From positions 4,412 through 68,411 of the forward strand of contig JAFTKC010000007.1 in assembly GCA_017456055.1 (NCBI GenBank): 64,000 nucleotides of DNA, in the 5' to 3' direction. The translations under genes and the position numbers were made by a program. The stretch's first letter is position 1. Each line of letters starts with the position of its first letter. This DNA is from Clostridia bacterium (GTDB taxonomy: Bacteria; Bacillota; Clostridia; Christensenellales; Borkfalkiaceae). This document shows positions 39,576-48,050 of this stretch, in pieces. The notes under the pieces are model-generated. The model ran no database searches, was not told the DNA's origin, and worked only from the letters and a program-made list of their open reading frames with translations.

Positions 39576-39776
39576 ATGAAAGAAATGAATTTTGCAAAAA
39601 ACCTAAAGGCGTTGAGAGTAGCCTCAAAACTAACTCAAAATCAACTTGCAAAACTATTAGACGTTGACCAACGCACCGTGAGTGCTTGGGAAAAGAAAAT
39701 TTGCGAGCCTGACTTTAACACGCTAAAAAAACTATGCGAGATTTTTGACGAAGATTATAACGGACTTTTATCTTAA
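39576..39776 (+). CDS. XRE-family helix-turn-helix regulator (66 aa)
   Basis: LKALRVASKLTQNQLAKLLDVDQRTVSAWEK is a typical HTH_3 motif. Confidence 0.8.
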   Translation: MKEMNFAKNLKALRVASKLTQNQLAKLLDVDQRTVSAWEKKICEPDFNTLKKLCEIFDEDYNGLLS

Positions 39777-39780
39777 AATT

Positions 39781-39811
39781 AAAAAAGAGCAAGATTTTCT
39801 TGCTCTTTTTT
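39781..39811. terminator. bidirectional terminator between the XRE gene and zinc-ribbon gene 2
   Basis: AGAGCAAG/CTTGCTCT stem flanked by A5 and T7. Confidence 0.8.
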
Positions 39812-39812
39812 T

Positions 39813-40157
39813 CTAATATGCGCCATATAGTAGCATTAAGCAACTTGGCAATAGCCCAACAATTACGCCAACTACTACGCCTAAAATTATTGAAGCGATA
39901 AAGCCTTTCACCCAGCCTTTAACAAAGGTGTCTTTCTCAAAAGGTTTAGTGTATAGGCATATACCTATAATTAAACCGATTAATCCCACGAAAAAGCCGA
40001 GTATTATACCGATAACGTCTTTACTTTCGCCAATATTATGTCTTGGCTCTCTGTTTGCGTTAGGGGTGGGCTCGGTTTTCACTTCTTCAGTATAGCCACA
40101 ATTTGGGCAAACGCCGTTTTCTTCTGGAAGTTCCGTTCCACACTTTTTACAAAACAT
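39813..40157 (-). CDS. zinc-ribbon membrane protein, paralog 2
   Basis: CKKCG...CPNCG followed by hydrophobic segments. Paralogous to the 39158..39484 product. Confidence 0.6.
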   Translation of the reverse strand: MFCKKCGTELPEENGVCPNCGYTEEVKTEPTPNANREPRHNIGESKDVIGIILGFFVGLIGLIIGICLYTKPFEKDTFVKGWVKGFIASIILGVVVGVIVGLLPSCLMLLYGAY

Positions 40158-40206
40158 TTTTAACTTTCTCCTTTATTTTACAAAACTTAACGAATTTCGC
40201 ACCTTA

Positions 40207-40235
40207 ATTGTAGCAAAGATTTTTTAGTTTGTCAA
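40207..40235 (-). promoter_or_regulatory. promoter of zinc-ribbon gene 2 (TTGACA, 17 nt spacer, TGcTACAAT)
   Basis: Read directly from the sequence. There is no palindrome in the spacer. Confidence 0.6.
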
Positions 40236-40267
40236 TGCCGATTTATATTTATTATATGTTTTATAAA

Positions 40268-40300
40268 CAAAAAAAGAGCAAGAGAATTTCCCTTGCTCTT
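40268..40300 (-). terminator. terminator after the small YtxH-like gene
   Basis: AAGAGCAAG/CTTGCTCTT stem with a T-run on the reverse strand. Confidence 0.7.
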
Positions 40301-40305
40301 AATTT

Positions 40306-40470
40306 TTATTTGCTTGATTTTTGCTTAGAACTCTTGGTTAGTTCTTGGGCTTTTTGCATTACTTGTTCTTGGCCTTCTTTTATGGCTTGTCTTGCCTTAA
40401 CTGAGTTAGATGCAATTACTGCCCCGCCAAGCATTCCTAAAACTACGCCCCACATAAACTTATCGAACAT
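40306..40470 (-). CDS. small (54 aa) YtxH-like membrane-anchored protein; absent from the ORF track
   Basis: Hand translation gives MFDKFMWGVVLGMLGGAVIASNSVKARQAIKEGQEQVMQKAQELTKSSKQKSSK. GGGGGA SD lies 7 nt upstream and the gene has its own terminator. It replaces the track's plus-strand ORF 40229..40495. Confidence 0.55.
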   Translation of the reverse strand: MFDKFMWGVVLGMLGGAVIASNSVKARQAIKEGQEQVMQKAQELTKSSKQKSSK

Positions 40471-40524
40471 AATATTTCCCCCTTTTATAAGGTAGTATGG
40501 TCGATTTTTGTCGGTTTATGCAAG

Positions 40525-40896
40525 TTAAGCGTTCTTTTTTGCGTGATAATCTTCAATAGCCTTTTTGATTGCTTCTTCTGCTAATACCGAGCAGTGAATC
40601 TTTTGTGATGGAAGTCCTCCAAGCGTTTCTATTACTTGTTTGTTGGTCACTTTAAGCGCCTCTTCCACCGTCATACCCTTTATCATTTCGGTAGCCGTTG
40701 AACTAGTTGCGATTGCCGCTGCACAACCAAAAGTCTTAAACTTTGCGTCTACTATAACGTCGTTTTCAATTTTTAATGAAATTTGCATTATATCGCCACA
40801 AGATGCGTTTCCAACCGTTCCCACTCCGTCTGCGTTTTCTATTTCTCCAACGTTTTTAGGATTTCTAAACGTTTCCATTACCTTGTCGTTATACAT
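40525..40896 (-). CDS. nifU: Fe-S cluster scaffold protein (IscU/NifU N-terminal type)
   Basis: GNASCGD ... FKTFGCAAAIA ... KIHCSVLA carry the three conserved Cys motifs. Confidence 0.92.
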   Translation of the reverse strand: MYNDKVMETFRNPKNVGEIENADGVGTVGNASCGDIMQISLKIENDVIVDAKFKTFGCAAAIATSSTATEMIKGMTVEEALKVTNKQVIETLGGLPSQKIHCSVLAEEAIKKAIEDYHAKKNA

Positions 40897-42085
40897 TTTT
40901 TATTTCTCCTTCTTCAAGTTTAAATAGCGGAGACATTTCTCTAAGTCTACTAACCGCCGATTTCAACTCGTCTACTGCGTAGTCAATTTCTTCTAAAGTG
41001 TTATGCTTTCCAAATGAAAATCTAATAGAGCCGTGCGCTAAAGCCTCAGGCAAGCCCAAAGATAGTAGCACGTGCGAAGGCTCTAGTGATCCAGATGAAC
41101 AAGCCGAGCCTGAAGATACTGCAATTCCCGCTAAATCTAGGCTAAATAGTATTGATTCGCCCTCAATATAATCAAACGAAAAATCTGCGTTTGCAGGCAA
41201 TCTCTTACTGCCGTCTTTTGGCCCGTTAAGTTTGATATATGGAATTTCGTTTAGCGCTCTTTCAATAAATCTATCTCTTAAAGCGCTAACGTAGATTGCG
41301 TTTTTCTCTAAATCACGGTCTGCAATCCTAAACGCTTCGTAAAAGCCTACGATTCCCGCAACGTTGGTAGTTCCACCGCGCTTTGTTCTCTCTTGATGTC
41401 CACCCGTGATAATACTTTCTATTCTAAGTCCGTTTCTAATATATAGCGCGCCAACGCCCTTAGGTCCGTAAATTTTATGAGAACTCATACTCATCAAATC
41501 AACGCCCAAATCCTTAACGTCAATTTTAAGAACGCCTGCCGCTTGAACAGCGTCGGTAAAGCAAACTGCACCTACTGAATGAGCAATTTGTGCAATTTCT
41601 TTTATAGGCTCGATAGTACCCACTTCGTTATTTGCAAGCATACAGCCAACGAAAATAGTGTCTTTGTCCACTATACTCTTTAAGTGTTCTAAATCAACGA
41701 AGCCCTCTCCGTCAACTTTCATAAAGGAAACCTTAAAGCCTTCCTTTTCAAGCGCTTTTGCCGTTGCTAGCATAGCCGCGTGTTCTATCGGGCTAATGAT
41801 AATATGTTTTCCCTTATTCTTAAAAGCGTGCGCTACTCCACGAAGCGCCCAGTTATCGCTTTCCGTTCCACCCGAAGTGAAGTATAATTCGCTCGGTTTA
41901 CAATTTATAATTTTTGCTATTCCGTCACGCGCCTCGTCAACTGCTTTCATTGCTTGTCTACCAAATTCGTGTTGACTATTTGGGTTTCCAAAAGTCCCCG
42001 TCAAATAGTTTAACATTGCTTTTGCAGACTCTTCGCAAACAGGCGTAGTCGCCGCGTGGTCAAAATATATCGGTGTTTTTACCAT
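40889..42085 (-). CDS. nifS: cysteine desulfurase (NifS/IscS type)
   Basis: SSHKIYGPKG (PLP-binding Lys) and SSGSACSS (active-site Cys loop). Confidence 0.92.
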   Translation of the reverse strand: MVKTPIYFDHAATTPVCEESAKAMLNYLTGTFGNPNSQHEFGRQAMKAVDEARDGIAKIINCKPSELYFTSGGTESDNWALRGVAHAFKNKGKHIIISPIEHAAMLATAKALEKEGFKVSFMKVDGEGFVDLEHLKSIVDKDTIFVGCMLANNEVGTIEPIKEIAQIAHSVGAVCFTDAVQAAGVLKIDVKDLGVDLMSMSSHKIYGPKGVGALYIRNGLRIESIITGGHQERTKRGGTTNVAGIVGFYEAFRIADRDLEKNAIYVSALRDRFIERALNEIPYIKLNGPKDGSKRLPANADFSFDYIEGESILFSLDLAGIAVSSGSACSSGSLEPSHVLLSLGLPEALAHGSIRFSFGKHNTLEEIDYAVDELKSAVSRLREMSPLFKLEEGEIKNV

Positions 42086-42133
42086 CTATTTATTCCTTTA
42101 TCTAGGTTTACCCTTTGTAAATATTCTTGTTTA

Positions 42134-42162
42134 ATTATATATCTTATAATTTATTTTGTCAA
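42134..42162 (-). promoter_or_regulatory. nifS-nifU promoter (TTGACA, 17 nt spacer, TATAAT)
   Basis: Perfect consensus, read directly from the sequence. Confidence 0.7.
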
Positions 42163-42169
42163 AACAAAT

Positions 42170-42203
42170 ATGCCCCGAAAATATTTTTTCGGGGTTTTTT
42201 TTA
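42170..42203. terminator. rho-independent terminator downstream of the 42216..42893 gene
   Basis: CCCCGAAAA/TTTTCGGGG stem with flanking runs. Confidence 0.7.
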
Positions 42204-42215
42204 TTTTGATCTCTA

Positions 42216-42893
42216 CTACAAAAAGTTTTTACCCTCTCTAGCCTTAAAAAATTCTTCTATTCTTTTACTAGACTCGTTTTTCTCTTGGCGCTCGCCTAAG
42301 CCTGAACTTTCTTTTAACATGCTCTTAAGCAAAGCGTTTTCCTTTTTTAGTTCAATAAAAGTTCTCTCAAATAGCCTATTTATTTCTCTCTTTAATCTCT
42401 CCACTTGAAGAGCGTTTCTCTCTTCTCTTCCCCTTACTCTAGGCTTGAGTGACGGAAAATCTCTTTCAATTTGAATAGCGATTTCTTGCAAAGTTTCCGG
42501 CTTGTTTTTTAGCATACTTCTAAATTTATTTTGATAGCGCAAGGCTAGTTTTTGGTCACCGCAAGATAGTTCTAAAACGGCTCTTCTTATAGATTTCCCC
42601 TTAGCCTTTTTTATTAGAATTTCTCTAGCGAATCTTTTTTCTTCTTCTACTGAAAATTCCACCTTTTTCTCCACTTGAATTTTTTCGCCCGATAAAAGTT
42701 TTTTAGAAAACTCCTCGTCGCTGTTAGAACGCTTTGCTATGGTGTAATAAAGATTTCTAATAGTGCCGTTTGCCTTGTTAGTTTTGCTAGCGTATCCCGA
42801 GAAAATCTCGGTGAGTTTTTTTCCTTTATTTTCTTTAACGTATTCAATTAAACCTATAACGTCGCTTTCCTTAAAGCCGTATAATTTTTCCAT
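42216..42893 (-). CDS. hypothetical protein, charged and probably coiled-coil C-terminal half
   Basis: ORF with an AAGGAG SD. No family confidently recognised. Confidence 0.5.
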   Translation of the reverse strand: MEKLYGFKESDVIGLIEYVKENKGKKLTEIFSGYASKTNKANGTIRNLYYTIAKRSNSDEEFSKKLLSGEKIQVEKKVEFSVEEEKRFAREILIKKAKGKSIRRAVLELSCGDQKLALRYQNKFRSMLKNKPETLQEIAIQIERDFPSLKPRVRGREERNALQVERLKREINRLFERTFIELKKENALLKSMLKESSGLGERQEKNESSKRIEEFFKAREGKNFL

Positions 42894-42967
42894 ATCAATC
42901 TCCTTTTTGATTATCTTTTTTGAGTTATTGACATAATAGAAAAAAATTATACGTATATATTATGTAA

Positions 42968-43897
42968 ATGTATTATTATTTTTCTTCCTTCTTTCCCGCC
43001 GTTATAAAAATAAACGGCGTATATTTCGGCGAAATTTTTAATTCGGTAAAGTTTATTAACCTTGAAAACGAGCAAAATTTTATCGAGATTTGCTCTTTAG
43101 ACGCCAACCAAAAATCCGTGAATTTACTTCTTGATTCCAATAATTTTAACGTAGATAATCCCCTAGTTGCTATAACTGACCTTAAGGGCGGATATTTATT
43201 TAAGTTCTTAAAAACTTACACTTTAGAAAGGTTTTTATCCTACAAGCAATCTAAATTCTCTCGTGCCCAACTAACTGCTTTTTGCAATGAAAAAAACTTT
43301 CTATCCATTGAATCGGCAAGCGATTTTTACGTGGAAAACATTGATTTTTATTTTTCTAGCGTAGAGTTTATAGAATTAAGTAATAGCCTTGTTCTTGCCG
43401 TCTTTTTCGGCGAAAAAACACTTGTTTTAGGCTATAAAATAGACGATAAAATCACTAAAGTTTACTCTGCTATTTGCGACGAGTTTACAGTAGATTCCCT
43501 AACGTTAAAGACTAACTTTTTAGATATGGCAAAGCACTCGCTATCAAGGTCTTTAAAGTTAGAAAACGATAAAATCACCGAGTGCGACGTAAAACTTTCT
43601 TCAAGAAAAAATCTTTTTGCCACAAGACTAAGTGAAGAACTTATTCCTTACGCTTTTTTAGAGGAGTTTTTAGTAAAGGGAGATTACGTTCAGTATTTAG
43701 GTGAAAACATAAAAGAAAACGCCGACAAACTATCTGGTTTTTTCGATAGTTTTATCGGCGTTATGCCTCCTCCGTTTTTTAGAGAGCCAAACGAGGTTGG
43801 ACTCATTTATAAAAAGAGTGAAAATTTATATTACGTTAATTATTTTACATTTACCGTGCAAGACGGAAGAATAACAAATCTAACTAAAGTCGACTAA
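42968..43897 (+). CDS. hypothetical protein (309 aa)
   Basis: ORF with no SD. TATATT lies 6 nt upstream of the ATG. No family recognised. Confidence 0.5.
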   Translation: MYYYFSSFFPAVIKINGVYFGEIFNSVKFINLENEQNFIEICSLDANQKSVNLLLDSNNFNVDNPLVAITDLKGGYLFKFLKTYTLERFLSYKQSKFSRAQLTAFCNEKNFLSIESASDFYVENIDFYFSSVEFIELSNSLVLAVFFGEKTLVLGYKIDDKITKVYSAICDEFTVDSLTLKTNFLDMAKHSLSRSLKLENDKITECDVKLSSRKNLFATRLSEELIPYAFLEEFLVKGDYVQYLGENIKENADKLSGFFDSFIGVMPPPFFREPNEVGLIYKKSENLYYVNYFTFTVQDGRITNLTKVD

Positions 43898-44850
43898 TTT
43901 TCTTTAACTTTAATGTTTTTGATGTCCTCTAGAAGAAGTTGTAAAAACGCTTCTCTATCAAGGTCGGTCACCATTAAAACGTTGCCTACGCCGTCGAAAT
44001 CCACCAAAGTTTTGCCGGGAGTTTCCACTAGATCAACGGTCACGCTAACTCTAGCAAAAGTGAACATTTTTGGATAAACCAAGGCAAAAAGTGCTAGCGT
44101 GTCGTTAGTTGCAACACGTTTATCGGGATAGCCTGGTTCCCAATATTTAGAATAACTTTGCGCTAAAATTTCGCCCGCTTTATTGATTTTTGCAAGCCCA
44201 TTGACGAATTCTTCGTTAAGGTGGGCTTTTCTTCTACCCACGTCAGACGGAATCATAACAAGTGGAATTTTACTATCCAAAACAATCTTAAAGGCTTCGG
44301 GATCTGAAGAAATGTTAAAGGAAATATGGTCTGGATAATTGGGGTGACCAAAAGGAGAGCCACCCATAAACACGATTTTAGGAATTTTTTTAATAACTTC
44401 CGGGTGCTCTTTTAGTAAGTGCCCGATATTAGTTTGAGGCCCTAAAATGATAGGCACGATATCCCCGTCGCCCTCCATTATAACCTTTCTCATTGCCTCA
44501 ACGCCGTCTAGTTCTAAAAGTTTTACTTTGGTCTCATTTGGTGGCACGTATCCTCCAAGCCCTTCTTTTTGGTGGATAAATTCGGCGTTTATACTCTCCC
44601 TTTCCATCGCTTTTTCCTTTCCCTTAGCAACCGGAACGTCTATGCCACAAATATCCATCAAATGAAGCAAATTTCTCGTGGTTTTTTCAAGCGTAGTGTT
44701 TCCTACTACGCTAGTTAAAAGTTTAATATCAATATTTTCTTCAAAAAAAGCATAAAGAAGACACGCCTCGTCGTCAACGCCTGGGTCGGTGTCGATTATA
44801 ACCTTTTGCACGCTTAAATTATCTCTATAGATATTCTTATCAAACTTCAT
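43894..44850 (-). CDS. nucleoside hydrolase (IUNH family)
   Basis: VIIDTDPGVDDEACL is the N-terminal Asp-cluster signature. Confidence 0.85.
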   Translation of the reverse strand: MKFDKNIYRDNLSVQKVIIDTDPGVDDEACLLYAFFEENIDIKLLTSVVGNTTLEKTTRNLLHLMDICGIDVPVAKGKEKAMERESINAEFIHQKEGLGGYVPPNETKVKLLELDGVEAMRKVIMEGDGDIVPIILGPQTNIGHLLKEHPEVIKKIPKIVFMGGSPFGHPNYPDHISFNISSDPEAFKIVLDSKIPLVMIPSDVGRRKAHLNEEFVNGLAKINKAGEILAQSYSKYWEPGYPDKRVATNDTLALFALVYPKMFTFARVSVTVDLVETPGKTLVDFDGVGNVLMVTDLDREAFLQLLLEDIKNIKVKEN

Positions 44851-44967
44851 AAATCTTGCCCCCTTTTATTTATTATATCACCTAACTAGAAAAATTTCCA
44901 TACTTTTTTTATTTTACCCTAAATTTAATAAAAATGTAGAAATACTATGGCGTTTAGCCCTTTCTTA

Positions 44968-44976
44968 TGATATAAT
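44968..44976 (+). promoter_or_regulatory. extended -10 (TGaTATAAT) 6 nt upstream of the FliB-like ATG; leaderless configuration
   Basis: TGATATAAT-TTTTTT-ATG. Confidence 0.5.
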
Positions 44977-44982
44977 TTTTTT

Positions 44983-45915
44983 ATGAAAAATTTTGAGTTT
45001 AACTATTCTAAATATTTTAAGTGTATATCCAGTCGTTGCGAGCATAACTGTTGCTTAAATTGGGATATTTCAATAGATAATAAAACGTATAAAAGGTATT
45101 TAGAATATGCTAAAAGTGACAATAGATTTGTAGAAAATAAAACTTTTTCTAAAAAAGGCTTCTTAATGGATTGTTCTTTGCGTTGTCCTTTTTTAGACGA
45201 GGATAATCTTTGCCATATTATAAAAAACTACGGCGAGAAAAACCTTTCTACGACTTGTAAAACGCACCCTAGATTTAAAAACTTTTTTTCTGGAATTACC
45301 GAAACAGGCTTAGGATTATGTTGCGAAGAGGCTAGTAGAATTATTCTATCTCTTAAACCAAAAATGAAAACTATTCTCGTTAGTGATAAGGGCGCTGATA
45401 GACCACTTTCCCCTTTTGAAAAAAAGGTTTTTTCATTTAGAAACAAGGCGCTAAAAATTATTCAAGATAGAAAGGTTAGCACCGAAGAAAAACTTAGTAA
45501 ACTAAATGCTCTATCTAAAATTGATTTAGATAAAAAATCGTATAAGTCTTGGATAGAAGATTTTTACTTACTAGAACGTCTTGATAAAAAGGTAGACGTA
45601 GTTTTCGATAAACTTAAAAAAAGAGAATTTTTCTCGCCTATTCCAAGCGAGTTTAGTAGAGAATTTGAACAACTTTTAGCCTACCTAACCTATAGACATT
45701 TATCTAGGGCTATTGACGGCTTAGATTTAAGGGTTAGGCTTGCATTTATAGTTTTAGCCTTTAAGATAATTTTGGAAATTTTCAATTTAGGGAATAAAGA
45801 CTTCTCTTCTCTAGTAGAGTCGTGTAGAATTTTCTCTGCCGAAATAGAGTGTTCCGACCAAAATGTTTTTACTATCCTAAATAAAATAGAAAGTTTAGTT
45901 AATTTTATAAATTAA
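44983..45915 (+). CDS. FliB-family (flagellin lysine-N-methylase-like) Cys-rich protein
   Basis: CISSRCEHNCCLNWDISIDNKTYKRY and CPFLDEDNLCHI...LSTTCKTHPRF mirror the conserved FliB blocks as I recall them from Salmonella FliB. Confidence 0.7.
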   Translation: MKNFEFNYSKYFKCISSRCEHNCCLNWDISIDNKTYKRYLEYAKSDNRFVENKTFSKKGFLMDCSLRCPFLDEDNLCHIIKNYGEKNLSTTCKTHPRFKNFFSGITETGLGLCCEEASRIILSLKPKMKTILVSDKGADRPLSPFEKKVFSFRNKALKIIQDRKVSTEEKLSKLNALSKIDLDKKSYKSWIEDFYLLERLDKKVDVVFDKLKKREFFSPIPSEFSREFEQLLAYLTYRHLSRAIDGLDLRVRLAFIVLAFKIILEIFNLGNKDFSSLVESCRIFSAEIECSDQNVFTILNKIESLVNFIN

Positions 45916-45920
45916 AGGGC

Positions 45921-45962
45921 AAAAAAACTCCCCACTTTAGATAAAAGTGGGGAGTTAAATTT
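45921..45962. terminator. bidirectional terminator between the FliB-like gene and the cyclophilin-like gene
   Basis: AACTCCCCACTT/AAGTGGGGAGTT stem. Confidence 0.8.
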
Positions 45963-45971
45963 TACTATTTT

Positions 45972-46847
45972 CTATTTAACTACTCTAATTGAAGAAACCT
46001 TTAAGGTTTGATTGTTTGCGATAACTACTGGAACTGAAATGGTGTAGTGATTATACCAATTAAGTTGTTGCTTATCATCTTCAGTCTCGAAAAGATTGTT
46101 TATTTCGTCTTCGTTAAAGTCTTCTTCTAAAACGCAGTTGAACTTTAAGCCGTAATCTTCATTAGGTTTAGTTTCGTCGTATTCACCCGTGTAGTAAACT
46201 TCGTAGTTAACGTAATTGTCTGCACTTTCAAAAATTGCATCAATAGCGTCGAAAATGTTAGAAACGACGGTGTCGCTTAAGTCTACCTTACCGAAAATAC
46301 AAACCTTTCCTTCGAGAGAATTGTTTGCAGAAGTTGGCATAAACCAAGTTCCTCTACTAGAGTTTCTAGAGTTGCTTGAAGTGATTAGCCCACTATCGCA
46401 AGCGTAATAACTACGCCATACTCCAATATAGCCTCTTTCAACCTTAAGGTTAGAACCACTTACGCCGTTCTTTTCAAATTCGCCGTAAATTTCAGGCAAT
46501 ATAACCTTTACAATGTTCCCGTTTTCGTCATACCTTAAATCGCCCATCATATATTGGGTTTTATTAGTATCGGCAAACTTGTAAACAAGCATATTGTCGT
46601 AATCTTTATTTTCTACGTTTTTCTTGATAGCGTCAACCGTTTGTGGCGCTAAGTGACGATAAAGTTCAACCGTTAAAGTTGATTCGTCTGCCGAATACAT
46701 TGCTTCGGTATCGTATGAGTAAATATCGAACTTAACTTCTAGTTTAACGATATCTTCGCAAGCGGTAAAACAAAGGCTACTAACTACTAGCATTACCACT
46801 GCAACTATATTGATAATAATTTTTTTGATTTTCATATACTTCTCCAA
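45972..46847 (-). CDS. lipoprotein with a divergent cyclophilin-like (PPIase) domain
   Basis: Lipobox LCFTAC. LTVELYRHLAPQTVDAIKKNV resembles the first cyclophilin strand/helix, but the usual FHR block was not recognised. Confidence 0.45.
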   Translation of the reverse strand: MEKYMKIKKIIINIVAVVMLVVSSLCFTACEDIVKLEVKFDIYSYDTEAMYSADESTLTVELYRHLAPQTVDAIKKNVENKDYDNMLVYKFADTNKTQYMMGDLRYDENGNIVKVILPEIYGEFEKNGVSGSNLKVERGYIGVWRSYYACDSGLITSSNSRNSSRGTWFMPTSANNSLEGKVCIFGKVDLSDTVVSNIFDAIDAIFESADNYVNYEVYYTGEYDETKPNEDYGLKFNCVLEEDFNEDEINNLFETEDDKQQLNWYNHYTISVPVVIANNQTLKVSSIRVVK

Positions 46848-46864
46848 TTCTTTATTACCTATTT

Positions 46865-46893
46865 ATTTTACTAATTATTTTAAGTATTGTCAA
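46865..46893 (-). promoter_or_regulatory. promoter (TTGACA, 17 nt spacer, TAAAAT) for the 45972..46847 gene
   Basis: Read directly from the sequence. Confidence 0.6.
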
Positions 46894-47010
46894 TAATTTG
46901 ATAAGAAAATCAACTCTTTTTTTGTTTTATTCTAAAGTTTAATCTAAAACACACAAAAATAATATAGCATTAATAAAATAAGCCTTTTTTAAGCATCGTA
47001 AATTTGTTTT

Positions 47011-47970
47011 TTAAAACATAGAATTTACAAGTAGATAAAGAGAAGGAATAGTAATTATTGAAAGCAACGTAGAACCTAACGTAAATATAACTGAATTTTC
47101 CACGTCGCCTCCATAATTATCTGCAAACGTTGTTGAAAGCCCTGCCGTTGGCATAGCAAAAGCAATAAAGAATCCTATAATTAAATCGATAGTTATAAAC
47201 TCTATCTTAAAAGACCTGAATACAAATAATATTCCTACAATTATCATTGGGAAAACTACTAATTTAATAAAACTAACGTAGTAAGTCTTCCACGTAGTAA
47301 ACATGGAAGAAAACTTAACGGTAGCAAGTTTCATTCCAAGTATAGTCATAGATATCGGCGTGACTATTCCACTAAAATAATTAGAATAAGTTTCAATCTC
47401 AGTAAGATATTTTTCAATCTTGAGTAAATTTAATATAATTCCAACTAAAAACGCTATTAAAACGGGATTAAAAATCGCATTTTTTATGCTAATTTGTTTT
47501 TTATCCCCAGAAATTAAATAGGTACCAATCGTATACATTATCAAATTGGTTATAATGTTTATTATTATAAGAACCAGAAAAACTTCCGTTTCTTTACCGA
47601 ATACGGCAATTGCTAAAGGAATTCCTAAAAAGCCATTGTTAGAAAAAACCGAGCAAAAGCGTATCATTCCCTTTTTCTTTATTTCTTTTTCAAAAGAAGA
47701 TAATGGTAAAGAAAGAAAAAAAGTTATTAACGTATAACCTATGCCTATAATCGCTATTACAACGATAGAACACAAAAGTCCCCTTGAAATTTCTAAGTTA
47801 GCAACCGTCCCTGACAAAATTAAAAAGGGCAACCCTATGTACATAAGAATTTTAGAAAGTATTCCCGATTGCTCTTGTTTAACCATTTTGGTTTTAACTA
47901 AAAGGTAGCCCGGTACAGCCAAAAGTGCAAATATAATTACGTTTTTTAGCATTATAAAAAATGTATCCAT
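47011..47970 (-). CDS. AEC (auxin efflux carrier) family transporter
   Basis: 319 aa, about 10 hydrophobic segments, with a typical AEC N-terminus (...LLAVPGYLLVK...). Confidence 0.8.
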   Translation of the reverse strand: MDTFFIMLKNVIIFALLAVPGYLLVKTKMVKQEQSGILSKILMYIGLPFLILSGTVANLEISRGLLCSIVVIAIIGIGYTLITFFLSLPLSSFEKEIKKKGMIRFCSVFSNNGFLGIPLAIAVFGKETEVFLVLIIINIITNLIMYTIGTYLISGDKKQISIKNAIFNPVLIAFLVGIILNLLKIEKYLTEIETYSNYFSGIVTPISMTILGMKLATVKFSSMFTTWKTYYVSFIKLVVFPMIIVGILFVFRSFKIEFITIDLIIGFFIAFAMPTAGLSTTFADNYGGDVENSVIFTLGSTLLSIITIPSLYLLVNSMF

Positions 47971-48011
47971 AAATTCCTCACTATAAATTGCTTGTAAACA
48001 AGATTATAGAC

Positions 48012-48050
48012 AAAAAGATAACGAATAATCGTTATCTTTTTTCTTTTTTG
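48012..48050. terminator. terminator after rplL
   Basis: AAGATAACGA/TCGTTATCTT stem with T-runs. Confidence 0.75.

Noticed and set aside
40229-40495. A plus-strand 88-aa ORF from the track.
   Set aside because: It has no SD or promoter. The opposite strand carries a better-supported 54-aa gene with an SD and a terminator.
42962-42967. An ATG-TAA start-stop mini-ORF immediately before the ATG at 42968.
   Set aside because: It falls inside the 6-nt gap between the putative -10 and the start codon. If the transcript is leaderless it is not transcribed, and if not, there is still no SD. It is too speculative to report.
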